Of a stretch of 64,000 nucleotides of DNA, positions 35,714 through 46,776 are shown piece by piece. The translations under genes and the position numbers were made by a program. The DNA is from Schizosaccharomyces osmophilus (Eukaryota). Where the stretch lies: assembly GCF_027921745.1 (NCBI RefSeq), contig NC_079238.1:3038001-3102000 (forward strand), given 5' to 3'. The notes under the pieces are model-generated. The model made no database searches. It was not told the origin of the DNA and was given only the letters and a program-made list of their open reading frames with translations. Position 1 is the stretch's first letter; every line of letters begins with the position of its first letter.

Positions 35714-36489
35714 TTATCCGGATCTGTCCGGTCCATGCTCCTGTATGGCATATTCCATGGACCGCTCGCTGTCGTTCTGATTCGCAACTTGTTTGGAGTC
35801 TTCAGATCCTATGATATATGAAGCTGCAATGTCATCACAGGTTGGGACCGTTAGGTTGAACTCTTCGTTGAATTTCCTATACAATATTAGTACAAAGTGC
35901 AGAATAGATTTATTAGAAAAAAAAGATGAAGGCATACCCATGCAGTTTGCATCCCCAAGACATCGCTGATTTACGAGACCCAACCTGAGGAGGGTACTTC
36001 CGTAGTAATTTCTGCGAAACAACAGAGCATTCACCGCAAGGGAACAAAGAAGCTGATGAAATCACATAACGGATTAATGTATTTCTTTCATATAGAGTAG
36101 GCAAGCTTGGATAGTTTGCTAGAGTAGTATGGAAAGACTAGACACGTTTATTAACATGCGAGACATTCAAGACTCATTTGAACTTACAGTCCAATAGGTT
36201 TTCATGATTTCCTTTCTATGAAAAGCTTGTGTTAGTCAGGGCAATAATGGCAAGAAGTGTTGCAGCATAGTTGTCAGCAATTCTTTCCTTACTTTGTCTC
36301 ATCCTTGTAGTTTAAAGGAGTAATAACAACGACGTTTTCATCCTTTTCTTTACTTCCATCAATTTCCTTGAGTTCAGGCATGTAAAGGCGCCATTCCTTG
36401 TCAATCATTACACTGTCAAATACCCATATTACAAACACCATAATTATAACCGTTGACAAAAGTATTTGTATCCTCTTGTTAATCAACAT
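35714..36489 (-). CDS. erv2: Erv/ALR-family FAD sulfhydryl oxidase, Erv2-like, 4 exons (36489-36293, 36215-36188, 36137-35938, 35876-35714)
   Basis: N-terminal signal anchor; YWTSFHTTLANYP..FPCGEC..YPPQVGSRKSAMSWGCKLHG..TCDD; three GT-AG introns join the ORF-track fragments in frame. Confidence 0.85.
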
Positions 36490-36570
36490 TTTCGTAAATC
36501 CTTGCACATATTTTAACGTTTGGTAAACGTAAATTGGAGTTTAAGTATGAGTAGGGTGTACTGAATCTTG

Positions 36571-36935
36571 GTTTGTTTACTATGTAATTCTTACTGAAGT
36601 TTACCTTACAATTCATTATGTGCGGCGTTACTGGGCTCTTCTAAAAGTATATAGGTGTATAATATTGGAAATATATGTACTTTGTATTGTGTACGTATAC
36701 GGACAGGAAAAAAAAAAAAAAAAAGGTGTAATGGAATGAATGAAAGGAGTTTTACTAGGAACCAACGTTCATTACTCTATGACCCAAGACAAGCAATTCA
36801 TCAAGTAATCAAGATATTGAGTGAGAAAATCTATATTGTAATTTTGTTTAAATTACTAAAAGGAAACTCATTCTTCCACTCTCCGTTCTATCTCCTCCTT
36901 TTTATTTTTATTTTATTTTTGTTTACTTTGTTTAC
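36571..36935. promoter_or_regulatory. Forkhead (FLEX-like) sites in the erv2/cut3 divergent promoter
   Basis: GTTTGTTTAC 36571-36580; tandem TGTTTAC 36920-36926 and 36929-36935. Confidence 0.45.
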
Positions 36936-37094
36936 ATTATTCGTGTTTAAGATTAACCGAAGAAGTTTAAGCTCAAGGAAGCGATAAAAATTATTTAGAA
37001 CTCATCACACAGCGGCGCCTACAGCAATAAACTATACCAAGAAACAAACTAAAATCATTCATTCATTTGTTCCAACTACATAGGAATCACTTTT

Positions 37095-40000
37095 ATGTCT
37101 GATAAAGGACCTACTCGAACATCCTCGGTTCCTTCCATTGTAGATGCTACACCAGATCGTGCTGAAAGACCTCGGAAACAAGTTCGTCAGGTAGTAACAA
37201 CACCAAGTCGATCTGAGGATCCGTCTCGCATTGTAAAACTAGAACAAACACCTTCTCAAGGGTTTCACAGCCAGTTTTTAAAAAAGCGCATCACGGACTC
37301 CTTACGCGAGCGTCCCAATCTTTTGAACAAATTCATCTCAGCTAACCAGGAAACTCCTTCAAAGCCTTCGGCTCCTAATTCTTTTAATTCTAGTAATGCA
37401 GGAGATTCTTCTCTTATAGAAGATACAATCACTGAACAAGAAAACCTTGACGTACTTGCTCCAAGGCTTGTTGTATACCAGCTAACGCTTAAGAATTTCA
37501 AATCTTATGCTGGAACACAAATTATAGGGCCTTTTCATCCATCTTTTTCTTCTATTGTTGGTCCAAATGGATCTGGTAAATCAAATGTGATTGACGCTTT
37601 GCTTTTTGTATTCGGATTTCGTGCTAGTAAACTGCGTCAGACTAAAGCTTCAGCTTTAATCCATAAGTCCGCTGCCCATCCTTCTCTTGAAAGCTGTGAT
37701 GTGGAAATTGTATTTAAAGAAGTAAATCCGGATTCCAGTTACATAGACGGTTCAGAGCTATCTATTCGAAGGTCCGCTTACAAGAACAATGTAAGCAAAT
37801 ACTTTCTAAATAACGCTGAGAGTTCTTTTTCCACCGTTTCAAATGTGCTAAAAGAACGAGGGGTCGATTTGAACCATAAGCGTTTTTTAATTCTACAAGG
37901 TGAAGTAGAATCTATCGCACAAATGAAACCAAAGGCACTAACTGAAAGTGATGATGGTTTGCTTGAATATCTTGAAGACATTATAGGTACTTCAAGGTAC
38001 AAACCTATCATCGAAGAAAAAATCAATGAGCTTACTGCTTTGAGTAATGTCTGTAACGAAAAAGAGAACCGTTTTCAACTAGTCGTCGCCGAGAGGAACA
38101 AATTGGAAAGTTCAAAAAATGTTGTCCTTGATATCTTAAGGGACGAGAACAATTTAAATAGGAAGCTGCATACCCTTTATCAGTTGAACCTATTCGAATT
38201 AAAATCGAAGAAAGATTTAGTAATGAGTATCTTACAGAAACTGGAAAATTCATATAAATCCAAGAATGACAACTTCAACGAAAATGAGAAAGTCGTTTCG
38301 CAAATGGTCGAAGAGTTAACTCAACTTAAATCTAAAGTTCAAGACTCGAAAACTTCAAATCGTACCGAAAAAAGAGAACGTCAACGATATGAACAACAAG
38401 CTGTTAAAATTGAAGAAAAGTGGAAGCATTTATCTTCAAAACAGAAAAAAAATCAAAAACAGCTTGAAACATTATCAGCAAATAAATCAGAGCTTGAATA
38501 CTCTCTGGACACGCATGGTGATCTTCATCATCGTCTAACGCAAGAAATGGATGACATTGTGTCCAAGCTGTCTACCGAAGAAGACCAACTCAACAAAATC
38601 CGTGAATCCCTTCGTGGAAAGACCGAAGGAATATCAAATGCTATTGAAGAAAAGCAGAAATTGATGGCGCCTTCCGAAAAAAAAATCAATGAGCTAAATT
38701 CTGTGAAACAGGTCACAAAGGCAGAACTAGATATGCTGTTAGAGCAAGAAAAAAACTCAAATGAAGAACAGCAAAATGCTATAAGTTCCCTTGAAAAATC
38801 ACTAGCAGAACAAAAGGAGAAAACACAGCTTCTTAACTCTAAAAAGAATCACCACAATACCATAAAAAAGGAATCTCAAGGTCTGGAAAGAAACGTTTCT
38901 GACTTAAAGCGGAAAAAGAGTGAACTACATCGTACAATTGCTCAAAGTCGAGTAAAGCTTGAGGAAATAAGATCTACTCTTAGCTCTTCACGTTCAAGAG
39001 GAAATGTCTTGGGAGGACTACAAACCTTACATGATTCTGGTCAATTAGCAGGGTTCCACGGACGACTAGGAGATCTTGCTACAATTGATAGTAAGTACGA
39101 TATTGCCATATCCACGGCCTGTCCTGCGTTGAATCACATAGTGGTCGATAATTTAGAGGTTGGTCAAAAGTGCATAGCCTTTCTTAGGTCCAATAATTTA
39201 GGAAGGTCTAGTTTTATAGTTTTAGGTGCTTTACAGGAAAAGAACTTGAAGCCTATTCAAACTCCTGAGAATGTTCCGAGATTATTTGATTTACTTCATT
39301 ATAAAAACGATATTTTTGCACCGGCCTTCTTCAGTGTATTGCAAAACACTCTTGTTGCGGATAATTTGGAACAGGCTAACAGAATTGCGTTTGGTAAGAC
39401 ACGTTGGAGGGTTGTCACTCTTAACGGACAGCTAATTGATAAGTCTGGTACCATGACTGGTGGTGGAACCCGAGTAAAGCAAGGTGGTATGGCTTCTCAG
39501 CTACCTGCTGAAATATCTCCAGTCGCCCTTAACAACATTGAGAATCAGACTACTGATGCGGAAAATCGACATCGGCAAGTGTCTGAACAATTGCAAGCTC
39601 TTCTGGAGAAGAGCGACATACTAAAAAACGAAATTCCATCTTTGGAATTGGAAATATCCAAACTTCACTTAGACTTATCCGCATTCAATAACTTGGTTGA
39701 AGGAGCTAAAAACCAAGTCTCTAATAGCCGTAAAGCTTTAAAGGATGAGCGAGGCTTACACGATAGAAAGCAAAAACTTAGCGCAAATTTAAATAAACTT
39801 CAGCAACAAATAGATAGCATAAATGATTCAAATGCTGGGGTTGTTGCTGAAGTGAGAGAACTTCAGGATAAAATTATGCAGATTGGTGGTATCAAATATC
39901 GCATACAAAAGTCCAAGGTTGATGATCTACACGAACAGCATAAGTTTGTCAAAGAAAAAATTGCAAACATCAATTTTGAAAAGAGGAAAAACGAACAACG

Positions 40001-41111
40001 TGTCCATTCAATTGAAAGAGAGCTGGAATCATTACAGTCTGATCTTTCTACAACTCAAAAGGAAATTGAGACAAATGAGAAAGAATTGAGCTTACTTCGC
40101 GAGAAAACAAAGGAATATACGGTTAAGATTGATAAACTAAGTAACATAATCCATGATATAAATGATTCAATCAGTGAGCTTAACAACCGTGTTGAGTTTG
40201 AATCTAAAGAGATAAATTCCATGAAAGCCGAAAGGTTGGATCTCGAAAACAAACTGACAGAGCAAAAAAGTGCCCATGCCGACGTTTTGAACAACGAGAA
40301 AAAGTTACGAAAGTTGCTATCCGAATTAATACTACATGACTTAAGAGAATATGATCAATCTGAAGCACAGGCTCCTGAATTTCAGGAGTTTTCGGAAGAT
40401 GAGCTTGCCTCAATGAACAAACAATCGTTGTATGAGGGCATATCTGAATTTAAGAAGAAGACGGAAGAAAAAGAAGTAGACGTGGGTGTTTTACAGGCTT
40501 ATTTGAAATGCACCAAAGATGCTGAGAACAAAGCGTTAGACTTTGAAGCTGAGACCCAAAAGAGGAATAGCGTAAAACAAACTGTTACAGATTTGCAGAC
40601 ACAAAGATTGGATGAATTTATGGAAGGTTTTAGCATTATTTCTCAGAAATTGAAAGCTATGTATCAAATCATCACTATGGGTGGTAATGCTGAACTTGAA
40701 CTCGTTGACAGTCTGGATCCATTTTCTGAAGGTGTCTTATTTAGTATTATGCCACCTAAAAAGTCTTGGAAAAATATCTCAAATTTGTCTGGAGGTGAAA
40801 AGACATTAAGTTCATTGGCATTAGTATTTGCTTTACATAACTATAAACCGACGCCTCTGTACGTTATGGACGAAATTGATGCTGCTCTGGATTTCAAAAA
40901 TGTGTCGATTGTCGCCAATTATATAAAGGAAAGGACGAAGAATGCCCAGTTTATTGTTATATCGTTGCGAAGCAATATGTTTGAATTGTCATCACGCTTG
41001 GTTGGTATTTACAAAACGGCAAGCATGACAAAGAGTGTAACGATGAACAACCAGGATTTACAGATGAATGCTGAAAAAGATTTAGATCATACGACGCTAC
41101 AAGTCAATTAG
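37095..41111 (+). CDS. cut3: Condensin SMC4 subunit
   Basis: Walker A GPNGSGKSN, hinge GFHGRLGDL..GTMTGGG, signature LSGGEKT, Walker B YVMDEIDAALD; N-terminal T19-P-D-R CDK site. Confidence 0.98.
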   Translation: MSDKGPTRTSSVPSIVDATPDRAERPRKQVRQVVTTPSRSEDPSRIVKLEQTPSQGFHSQFLKKRITDSLRERPNLLNKFISANQETPSKPSAPNSFNSSNAGDSSLIEDTITEQENLDVLAPRLVVYQLTLKNFKSYAGTQIIGPFHPSFSSIVGPNGSGKSNVIDALLFVFGFRASKLRQTKASALIHKSAAHPSLESCDVEIVFKEVNPDSSYIDGSELSIRRSAYKNNVSKYFLNNAESSFSTVSNVLKERGVDLNHKRFLILQGEVESIAQMKPKALTESDDGLLEYLEDIIGTSRYKPIIEEKINELTALSNVCNEKENRFQLVVAERNKLESSKNVVLDILRDENNLNRKLHTLYQLNLFELKSKKDLVMSILQKLENSYKSKNDNFNENEKVVSQMVEELTQLKSKVQDSKTSNRTEKRERQRYEQQAVKIEEKWKHLSSKQKKNQKQLETLSANKSELEYSLDTHGDLHHRLTQEMDDIVSKLSTEEDQLNKIRESLRGKTEGISNAIEEKQKLMAPSEKKINELNSVKQVTKAELDMLLEQEKNSNEEQQNAISSLEKSLAEQKEKTQLLNSKKNHHNTIKKESQGLERNVSDLKRKKSELHRTIAQSRVKLEEIRSTLSSSRSRGNVLGGLQTLHDSGQLAGFHGRLGDLATIDSKYDIAISTACPALNHIVVDNLEVGQKCIAFLRSNNLGRSSFIVLGALQEKNLKPIQTPENVPRLFDLLHYKNDIFAPAFFSVLQNTLVADNLEQANRIAFGKTRWRVVTLNGQLIDKSGTMTGGGTRVKQGGMASQLPAEISPVALNNIENQTTDAENRHRQVSEQLQALLEKSDILKNEIPSLELEISKLHLDLSAFNNLVEGAKNQVSNSRKALKDERGLHDRKQKLSANLNKLQQQIDSINDSNAGVVAEVRELQDKIMQIGGIKYRIQKSKVDDLHEQHKFVKEKIANINFEKRKNEQRVHSIERELESLQSDLSTTQKEIETNEKELSLLREKTKEYTVKIDKLSNIIHDINDSISELNNRVEFESKEINSMKAERLDLENKLTEQKSAHADVLNNEKKLRKLLSELILHDLREYDQSEAQAPEFQEFSEDELASMNKQSLYEGISEFKKKTEEKEVDVGVLQAYLKCTKDAENKALDFEAETQKRNSVKQTVTDLQTQRLDEFMEGFSIISQKLKAMYQIITMGGNAELELVDSLDPFSEGVLFSIMPPKKSWKNISNLSGGEKTLSSLALVFALHNYKPTPLYVMDEIDAALDFKNVSIVANYIKERTKNAQFIVISLRSNMFELSSRLVGIYKTASMTKSVTMNNQDLQMNAEKDLDHTTLQVN

Positions 41112-41528
41112 AAGTTAATCTTACGAGCTTACAATTGACTAACAATGTACTGCTATTTAAGGAATGCATTTGTATAAATAATATCAAATTAATCTTTTTT
41201 TTTTTTTTTTTTCATAATAACGCTACTCATTTAATTACATTTGTAAGCCCATTAGTGTTCAGTAATTATGATGATCTTAAAACGTTGATATAGAATATGC
41301 AGATGGTCATGACGCTGCAGATGGCATAAATAAAAGTTGAGTAAAACGATAACGAACTTCAGAAGAAAAGTAAATTACGCTGTAGCAATCAACTTGCAAT
41401 TCAGGGACCCAGTCATTCGTGCTTTAAATTAGTTGTTATAGTGCATTGGTCACAGAATTCATAACTTAATGTACAGGATATGCAGAAATAGGAAAAATAA
41501 TCAAAAATATGCAGTTTGAAAAAGAAGC

Positions 41529-42299
41529 TTATAACCAATCACAAGAATGGTGTTCCCATCCATAATACTCAGTTAGACCCAAATGTTGGATATTCTTTTT
41601 CATCTTGGAACGTTTTGGGCCCGTAGATCCATTTGTGCGGTCCTTTACAGCAGACTTAAACCGACTGTAAGCGTTCGACATGCGGGTACTAACATTTTCA
41701 CGTTCTTTTATCGGAAATTTATTTCGAGATGACAAGTCTTCTATTTCAAGGAATTCCAAATCACGGAGAGAGTTTTTATAAGCTGTACTTTGTCGAGTAG
41801 ATTTTATACCAGCAGCAGAGCTAGTTGAATAATCACCGGATTTTCTGAAGTCTGAATTCCTTTCATCAATTGCAAGCGAAGACCTCTGTTTAACCACCTT
41901 TGGATGTTTGTGAAGTACCCCTTCTTCTTTGGAATATAATTTAGATGTAGGAGACTGTTTTCTGACTTTGGATCTTTTTTTAGACATCATTGACTGGCTT
42001 CCGGTTTTCAAATTCAATGGTGAAACTACAGGAAGTAAAGGGCTATCTTCATCGTGAGATATCACACTATTCGCAAGTAACCATGGCGATTGCTGGGAAA
42101 AATTCTTATCCCAAGGAGAGCTAGGAGATTTCAATTCTTGGTATATAGCACTGATCAATTTGTCTGAAACATGCCAAGGAGAAGTGGGGGATGACATTGG
42201 ACTTCTTGCATACGAAGAATCTTTTTCGGAGTCTATAAACATTAAATTCCTTGCTTCTTGGAGTCTCAACGGAGGTGGTTTTCGCTTCGACAAATCCAT
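41529..42299 (-). CDS. Uncharacterised Ser/Pro-rich basic protein (positional match to S. pombe SPBC146.02)
   Basis: 256-aa ATG-initiated ORF filling the cut3-med15 gap; upstream TA-rich box and three TR boxes; no recognisable domain. Confidence 0.8.
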   Translation of the reverse strand: MDLSKRKPPPLRLQEARNLMFIDSEKDSSYARSPMSSPTSPWHVSDKLISAIYQELKSPSSPWDKNFSQQSPWLLANSVISHDEDSPLLPVVSPLNLKTGSQSMMSKKRSKVRKQSPTSKLYSKEEGVLHKHPKVVKQRSSLAIDERNSDFRKSGDYSTSSAAGIKSTRQSTAYKNSLRDLEFLEIEDLSSRNKFPIKERENVSTRMSNAYSRFKSAVKDRTNGSTGPKRSKMKKNIQHLGLTEYYGWEHHSCDWL

Positions 42300-42553
42300 A
42301 ATTTAGTCCAGTTCTCTGGCAGCTCAATTAAAGCTAAAAATTGAAAGTATCAGCAGGGAAATAAATTCTGAAAGGTAAAAGAACTCGACCAATTGATTGA
42401 ACGATTTAATGCAATTTGCATATAGTAGTCTATTCAGAATACTATAAATACGGTTCAGTTCTTTTCGAAAAGGAGTTTTGGTATGTCAGTTAACTATATA
42501 TATATATATATTAATATATAGTATGAATCCCTGTTCTACTTAGCCTATTTTAG

Positions 42554-42605
42554 TTTCTTTGTTTACCATTTCGTACAGCAACAAAGAAACTAAGCTTTCT
42601 TTGTT
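42554..42605. promoter_or_regulatory. Three Ste11 TR boxes upstream of the orphan gene
   Basis: TTTCTTTGTTT 42554-42564, AACAAAGAAA 42580-42589, TTTCTTTGTT 42596-42605; (TA)n box 42495-42510 lies between them and the ATG at 42299. Confidence 0.8.
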
Positions 42606-43052
42606 GTACCTAAAGCGAACGATTGTCTTACGCTGAATAAACTAAACGAAATTGAACGTCAATCTGTCGTAGTCCTAAAGACTACTATTATGTTTAAATA
42701 AAAGCCAAAGAAAATGCTAAATTTCTATTGCCTAACTTGAAAACATGAAGGTAAAGGACTCAATTCATATAAACAAAATAGTAACAAAAATTAATTAATT
42801 GCCGTAAAACAATCTTTACGAACATAACCATTCACTTAAATTAGTACTTAGAAATCATATAAATAACCTCTTAGCATAGCATAGCTAGCTTTTTTTATTT
42901 TTATTTTTATTTATCTTTTTCTCTTTAGAATTTATAGATGTTTATATACACCAAACTTCTTTCTGCATCATCCTGAGTGGATACGTTAATAAACTCCATG
43001 AAGTGTCATAAATTCCTTGTCAAAATCATATATTCCCGTCGTGCCAACTTAC

Positions 43053-46000
43053 TTATATAACAACCTGCCATATAATCGAAGGATTCATAGAGTTGAATTC
43101 ATTTACATCCTCTCCTGTTTCCTTCCGCTTAGCTGTCAGTTGTCTCTCTCGAATAAAATCATTCCACGGGTCATTTTCATTATCCATTAAGCTAACGAAA
43201 GTATCTCCTTCTGGGGCTTTATAAACCCGATCTGTATCCATTGACTCATCTTTAACATCCATATCAATTCTGCGATCAGTAGCTTTCGCCGCTTCATTCA
43301 TCGCAGTACTTTCCTGAACACCGTCGGCCCATAATTCGGCATCATCATCATAAGCAAACTTGCCTTCCAGAGTTAAGATATTAGCTGGACTCAAAGAACT
43401 TTTACCCGCATTGGGATCGGGCGTTGATGAAGGAATGAAAAATGACTGAGGGGTTTTTAGTACTGAAGTCGGTGTTAGACCGCTCTTCACAGCCGAAATT
43501 TCATCTTCATGATCAAGAGTTACAAATGCGTCAATAGCATATTTAAGCGGATTTGCAGTAGCTTCTTCTCGGGATTTATACGACCCGGCGTCTTTTGCCG
43601 AGGTATCATTGAACCCATCACTCACCAACGAACTTGAAACAGGAGTCTCTTCTACAGCCATGACATTCCCTTCAGAAGGTGCTCCAAATGAAGGCTTTTG
43701 TACCGAGGGGCTTATAATCGGCGGTGAAGCATTATCAAACTTCTTCCTCTTGCTTATAGGTAGCTTAAGGTCTTCAGGTCTAAGACTATGCTTCATTACT
43801 TCAGATATTGCTTTCTCTTTTAATTGCGCTTCTTGTTGAGCTTTAGTCAAAACATTAAGACTAGCCTGGTGTTCATCCAAGTTAGATTCATTAGTAGGTT
43901 TCGGTGCGTTTCGTATCTGAGATGGCAAAGAGGCCTGAGCTTTATTCATGACTTCGTTTTGGGGCTGCATGGGAGCAGCACGCTGATATTGTAGAGGGAC
44001 TTGCTGAGCTTGTTGTTGCTTTTGATTCCTTTGTTGTTGTTGTTGTTGTTGTTGCTGTTGCTGTTGCTGCTGCTGCTGCTGCTGCTGTTGAGCAGAAGAG
44101 GCTCTCATTGTCGTTGAAATTTGAGCCAAAGCAGCAGGTAAACTTTGACCATTTACCTTAACTTCATGATGCAACCTGATTAATTGAGTCCTCACGTATG
44201 CGAAGTAACGGCTCGTTTTTTCCTTTATCTTTGCCATCATTTGAGGTGTACTGGTGAAGACACCTTGTTGAAGACCTTCTAACTGTAATTTAAAAATATG
44301 GCGCATTTGTATTAATTGAATAGTTGCTTCTTCGTTAGCAGTAAGACAGTAAAACAAGTATATCAATTGATTTGTCCTACTGAACATTGGATATGCAGAT
44401 TTCACAAGTTCAGCAATTATAACTTTTTGGTCATGCGGAAGTTCTAGCGGAATAGGTCTAATCATAGAATGCATTACTCTTTCTGTTAATTCACGAATCC
44501 GAACTGTCATTTTTTGCTGTCCCATAGTTCCTCCAGATTCTAAAAGCTGTTGTACTATATAGGCGCTAACATTTCCGGAAGTAGATGGATTTGTAAAAGG
44601 CTTTTCTGTAGGTTGACCAGCTACCTGAGGAGCGCTCGTGACATCGAAAGATTTTAAAGGATAAGATGGAGGACTAACAGAAGCATTAAATGCTGGGTTT
44701 ACCTCAGCATTTGAAGCACCAACGTTAGGGACATCAATAGGCGATACATTTGACTTCAGCGACTGGCTAGTCGCACGTGCCTTAGTAGGAGCATAACTTT
44801 GATAATTCGCTTTCGCAGGGTTAGGAGCAGTTTCGACATTCACCGGTACATTACCGCTCTGAGGTTTTATCGCTTGGTTTGTGACATTAGCATTCCTCAT
44901 CTGCTGTGCATAAGCCTGTTGAGATGTAGAAGGTGGTACACCCGGATCAACAGGAACATTACCAAATTTTTCAGGAGCTTGGGGAGTCTGAGAAGCTTGG
45001 GCGTTTACACGTGCGGATTGCATTTTTAGTTGTCGATGCTGTATTAGCACTTGCATGTGCTTCTGATAGAGGATCCCAATTGCCTTTGCTTGTTCAGGTG
45101 TTAATCGCTGATTCTTTCCAAGTTCAATTACGTCCCTCCATAATTTTATATTAGATGGTAATCCTGGAATTTGAGCAAACAACTGTTTCGGGACAGGTAT
45201 GTTCAGCATTTCCAGATTTTGCCTAACGCTAGCATTACTTGGAACATTTGGAGGACGTGGCTGCTGAGAAACCTGAGGTTGTGTTTGTTGTTGATTAGGC
45301 ATAGTTGGATACGTTTGACCAGCATTATTAGCAGCATTAAAGGGAATACTTCCTTGTTGTTTTGTCTGTTGCTGAGCCTGTTTTTGTTGTTGCTGCTGTA
45401 ATTGCTGAAGTGAACGGAATTTCTGAACTTGATTTTGGTAAAGCGATATAAGTCTCGCAGGTGGCATACTCTGGAGTTTCTGCAAAGGTATAGGAGGAGT
45501 TCCAGTACGAGCTAGTAACGTAGAAATTTGGGCACAAAGGTTATTCAGTTGTTGTTGAGAAAGTGCTGGTGGGACACGAGGTTGAGCGGTACGACCCTGA
45601 CTAGTATCATTTACCGGCTGAGGAGGTTGCTGTTGTTGTAGCTGACTCTGCTGATAAAGAAGTTGCCTTTGCTGAGGTGTAAGTTTGACATTTCCAGCAA
45701 ATTGTTGCTGAGCATTTCCAGCTTGCATCGGCATAGTCTGGTTTTGCATACGCGGCAGAACTCTTGAATTGGTTGCCATTCTTCCAGCAGTTGCGGTGGG
45801 TACTGGGGGAACAGTGTTCATATTAACATTGTTATTATAATTCTGTGCTTGCTTCATTTGAGCGGCCTGTAAATGCTCACGTATTTGGTCTCTTAGTTGA
45901 GCGGTTTTCTTACTGCAAGTCGTCAAATATTCATGCTGAAAAAATACGTTAATAAATCGATTACCAAAATTCAATGACATACCTTACTATTGGCTCCATC

Positions 46001-46203
46001 AAATGCTTGCCTTTCGAATGAAAGTGCCATATTCATCAACTGAACCTCTGAGATGGATGGTGAAATTATCCGCAGGGTTTGGGCACTATAGATTGTTAGT
46101 ATTAATAAACATACTCTATTTTTTCTTACATTTGTAAAGCAATACTTTGTCGTTCATTAGGTCGAATTTGAGTTTGCCATCCTTTCTCCACGTTTCTATT
46201 CAT
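43053..46203 (-). CDS. med15: Mediator tail subunit Med15, 3 exons (46203-46130, 46085-45983, 45935-43053)
   Basis: KIX-like N-terminus WQTQIRPNERQSIALQIAQTL..ALSFERQAFDGANSKHEYL after splicing; Gln-rich body; LRPEDLKLP..KRKK motif. Confidence 0.9.
44031..44090 (-). repeat. CAG/CAA trinucleotide tract encoding Q20 in Med15
   Basis: 60 bp of CTG/TTG triplets on the + strand. Confidence 0.95.
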
Positions 46204-46776
46204 TCCTTTATACGCTTCCTTAGCTTGCTTGCTTTTTATTATTTCCAAAACTTTTCTTTTAATGACAACCGTCCTTTGCTCAGTCGTTTTTTACTCCACT
46301 TGCGATGGCCTCCCTATGCGGTATTGGACAAACACATCCTACTGGGTTCACTTGGGGTATAGAATATATTTTTAAGATGAAATATGCTACTATGTTGCAA
46401 ACAAAAGAGAAGTCTTATTCTTTTTGAAATATTTATTGATTAAGGATGCTAAAATAGGTCTTTATAGCAATTCAAAACTGTAGACCTTCAGTTTACAGTA
46501 AAAAGCGAAAAGAATACACTTCTCAAACTTTGAACAACCACACAGAATGGCTTGTACAACAATAAAACATGCTTTATTTTAAGACATAACATTTTAATTC
46601 ATAACTAATATATAAGGGGAAAACTAACAGAAAGAGAAAGTGGTAACAAAAACATAGCTTTTTGACGAAGGTTCCTTTTTTCGTTAAGTATAAAGTAACT
46701 CTAAATCATTAGATGCAAGTCTTTTGCAAATAGTTTTTTTTTTCGTTCTTTTTTTTATTATGAAAATCCAATTCTC

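Noticed and set aside
36655..36987. 110-aa ORF upstream of cut3
   Set aside because: GTG start built from poly-A and T-rich promoter sequence.
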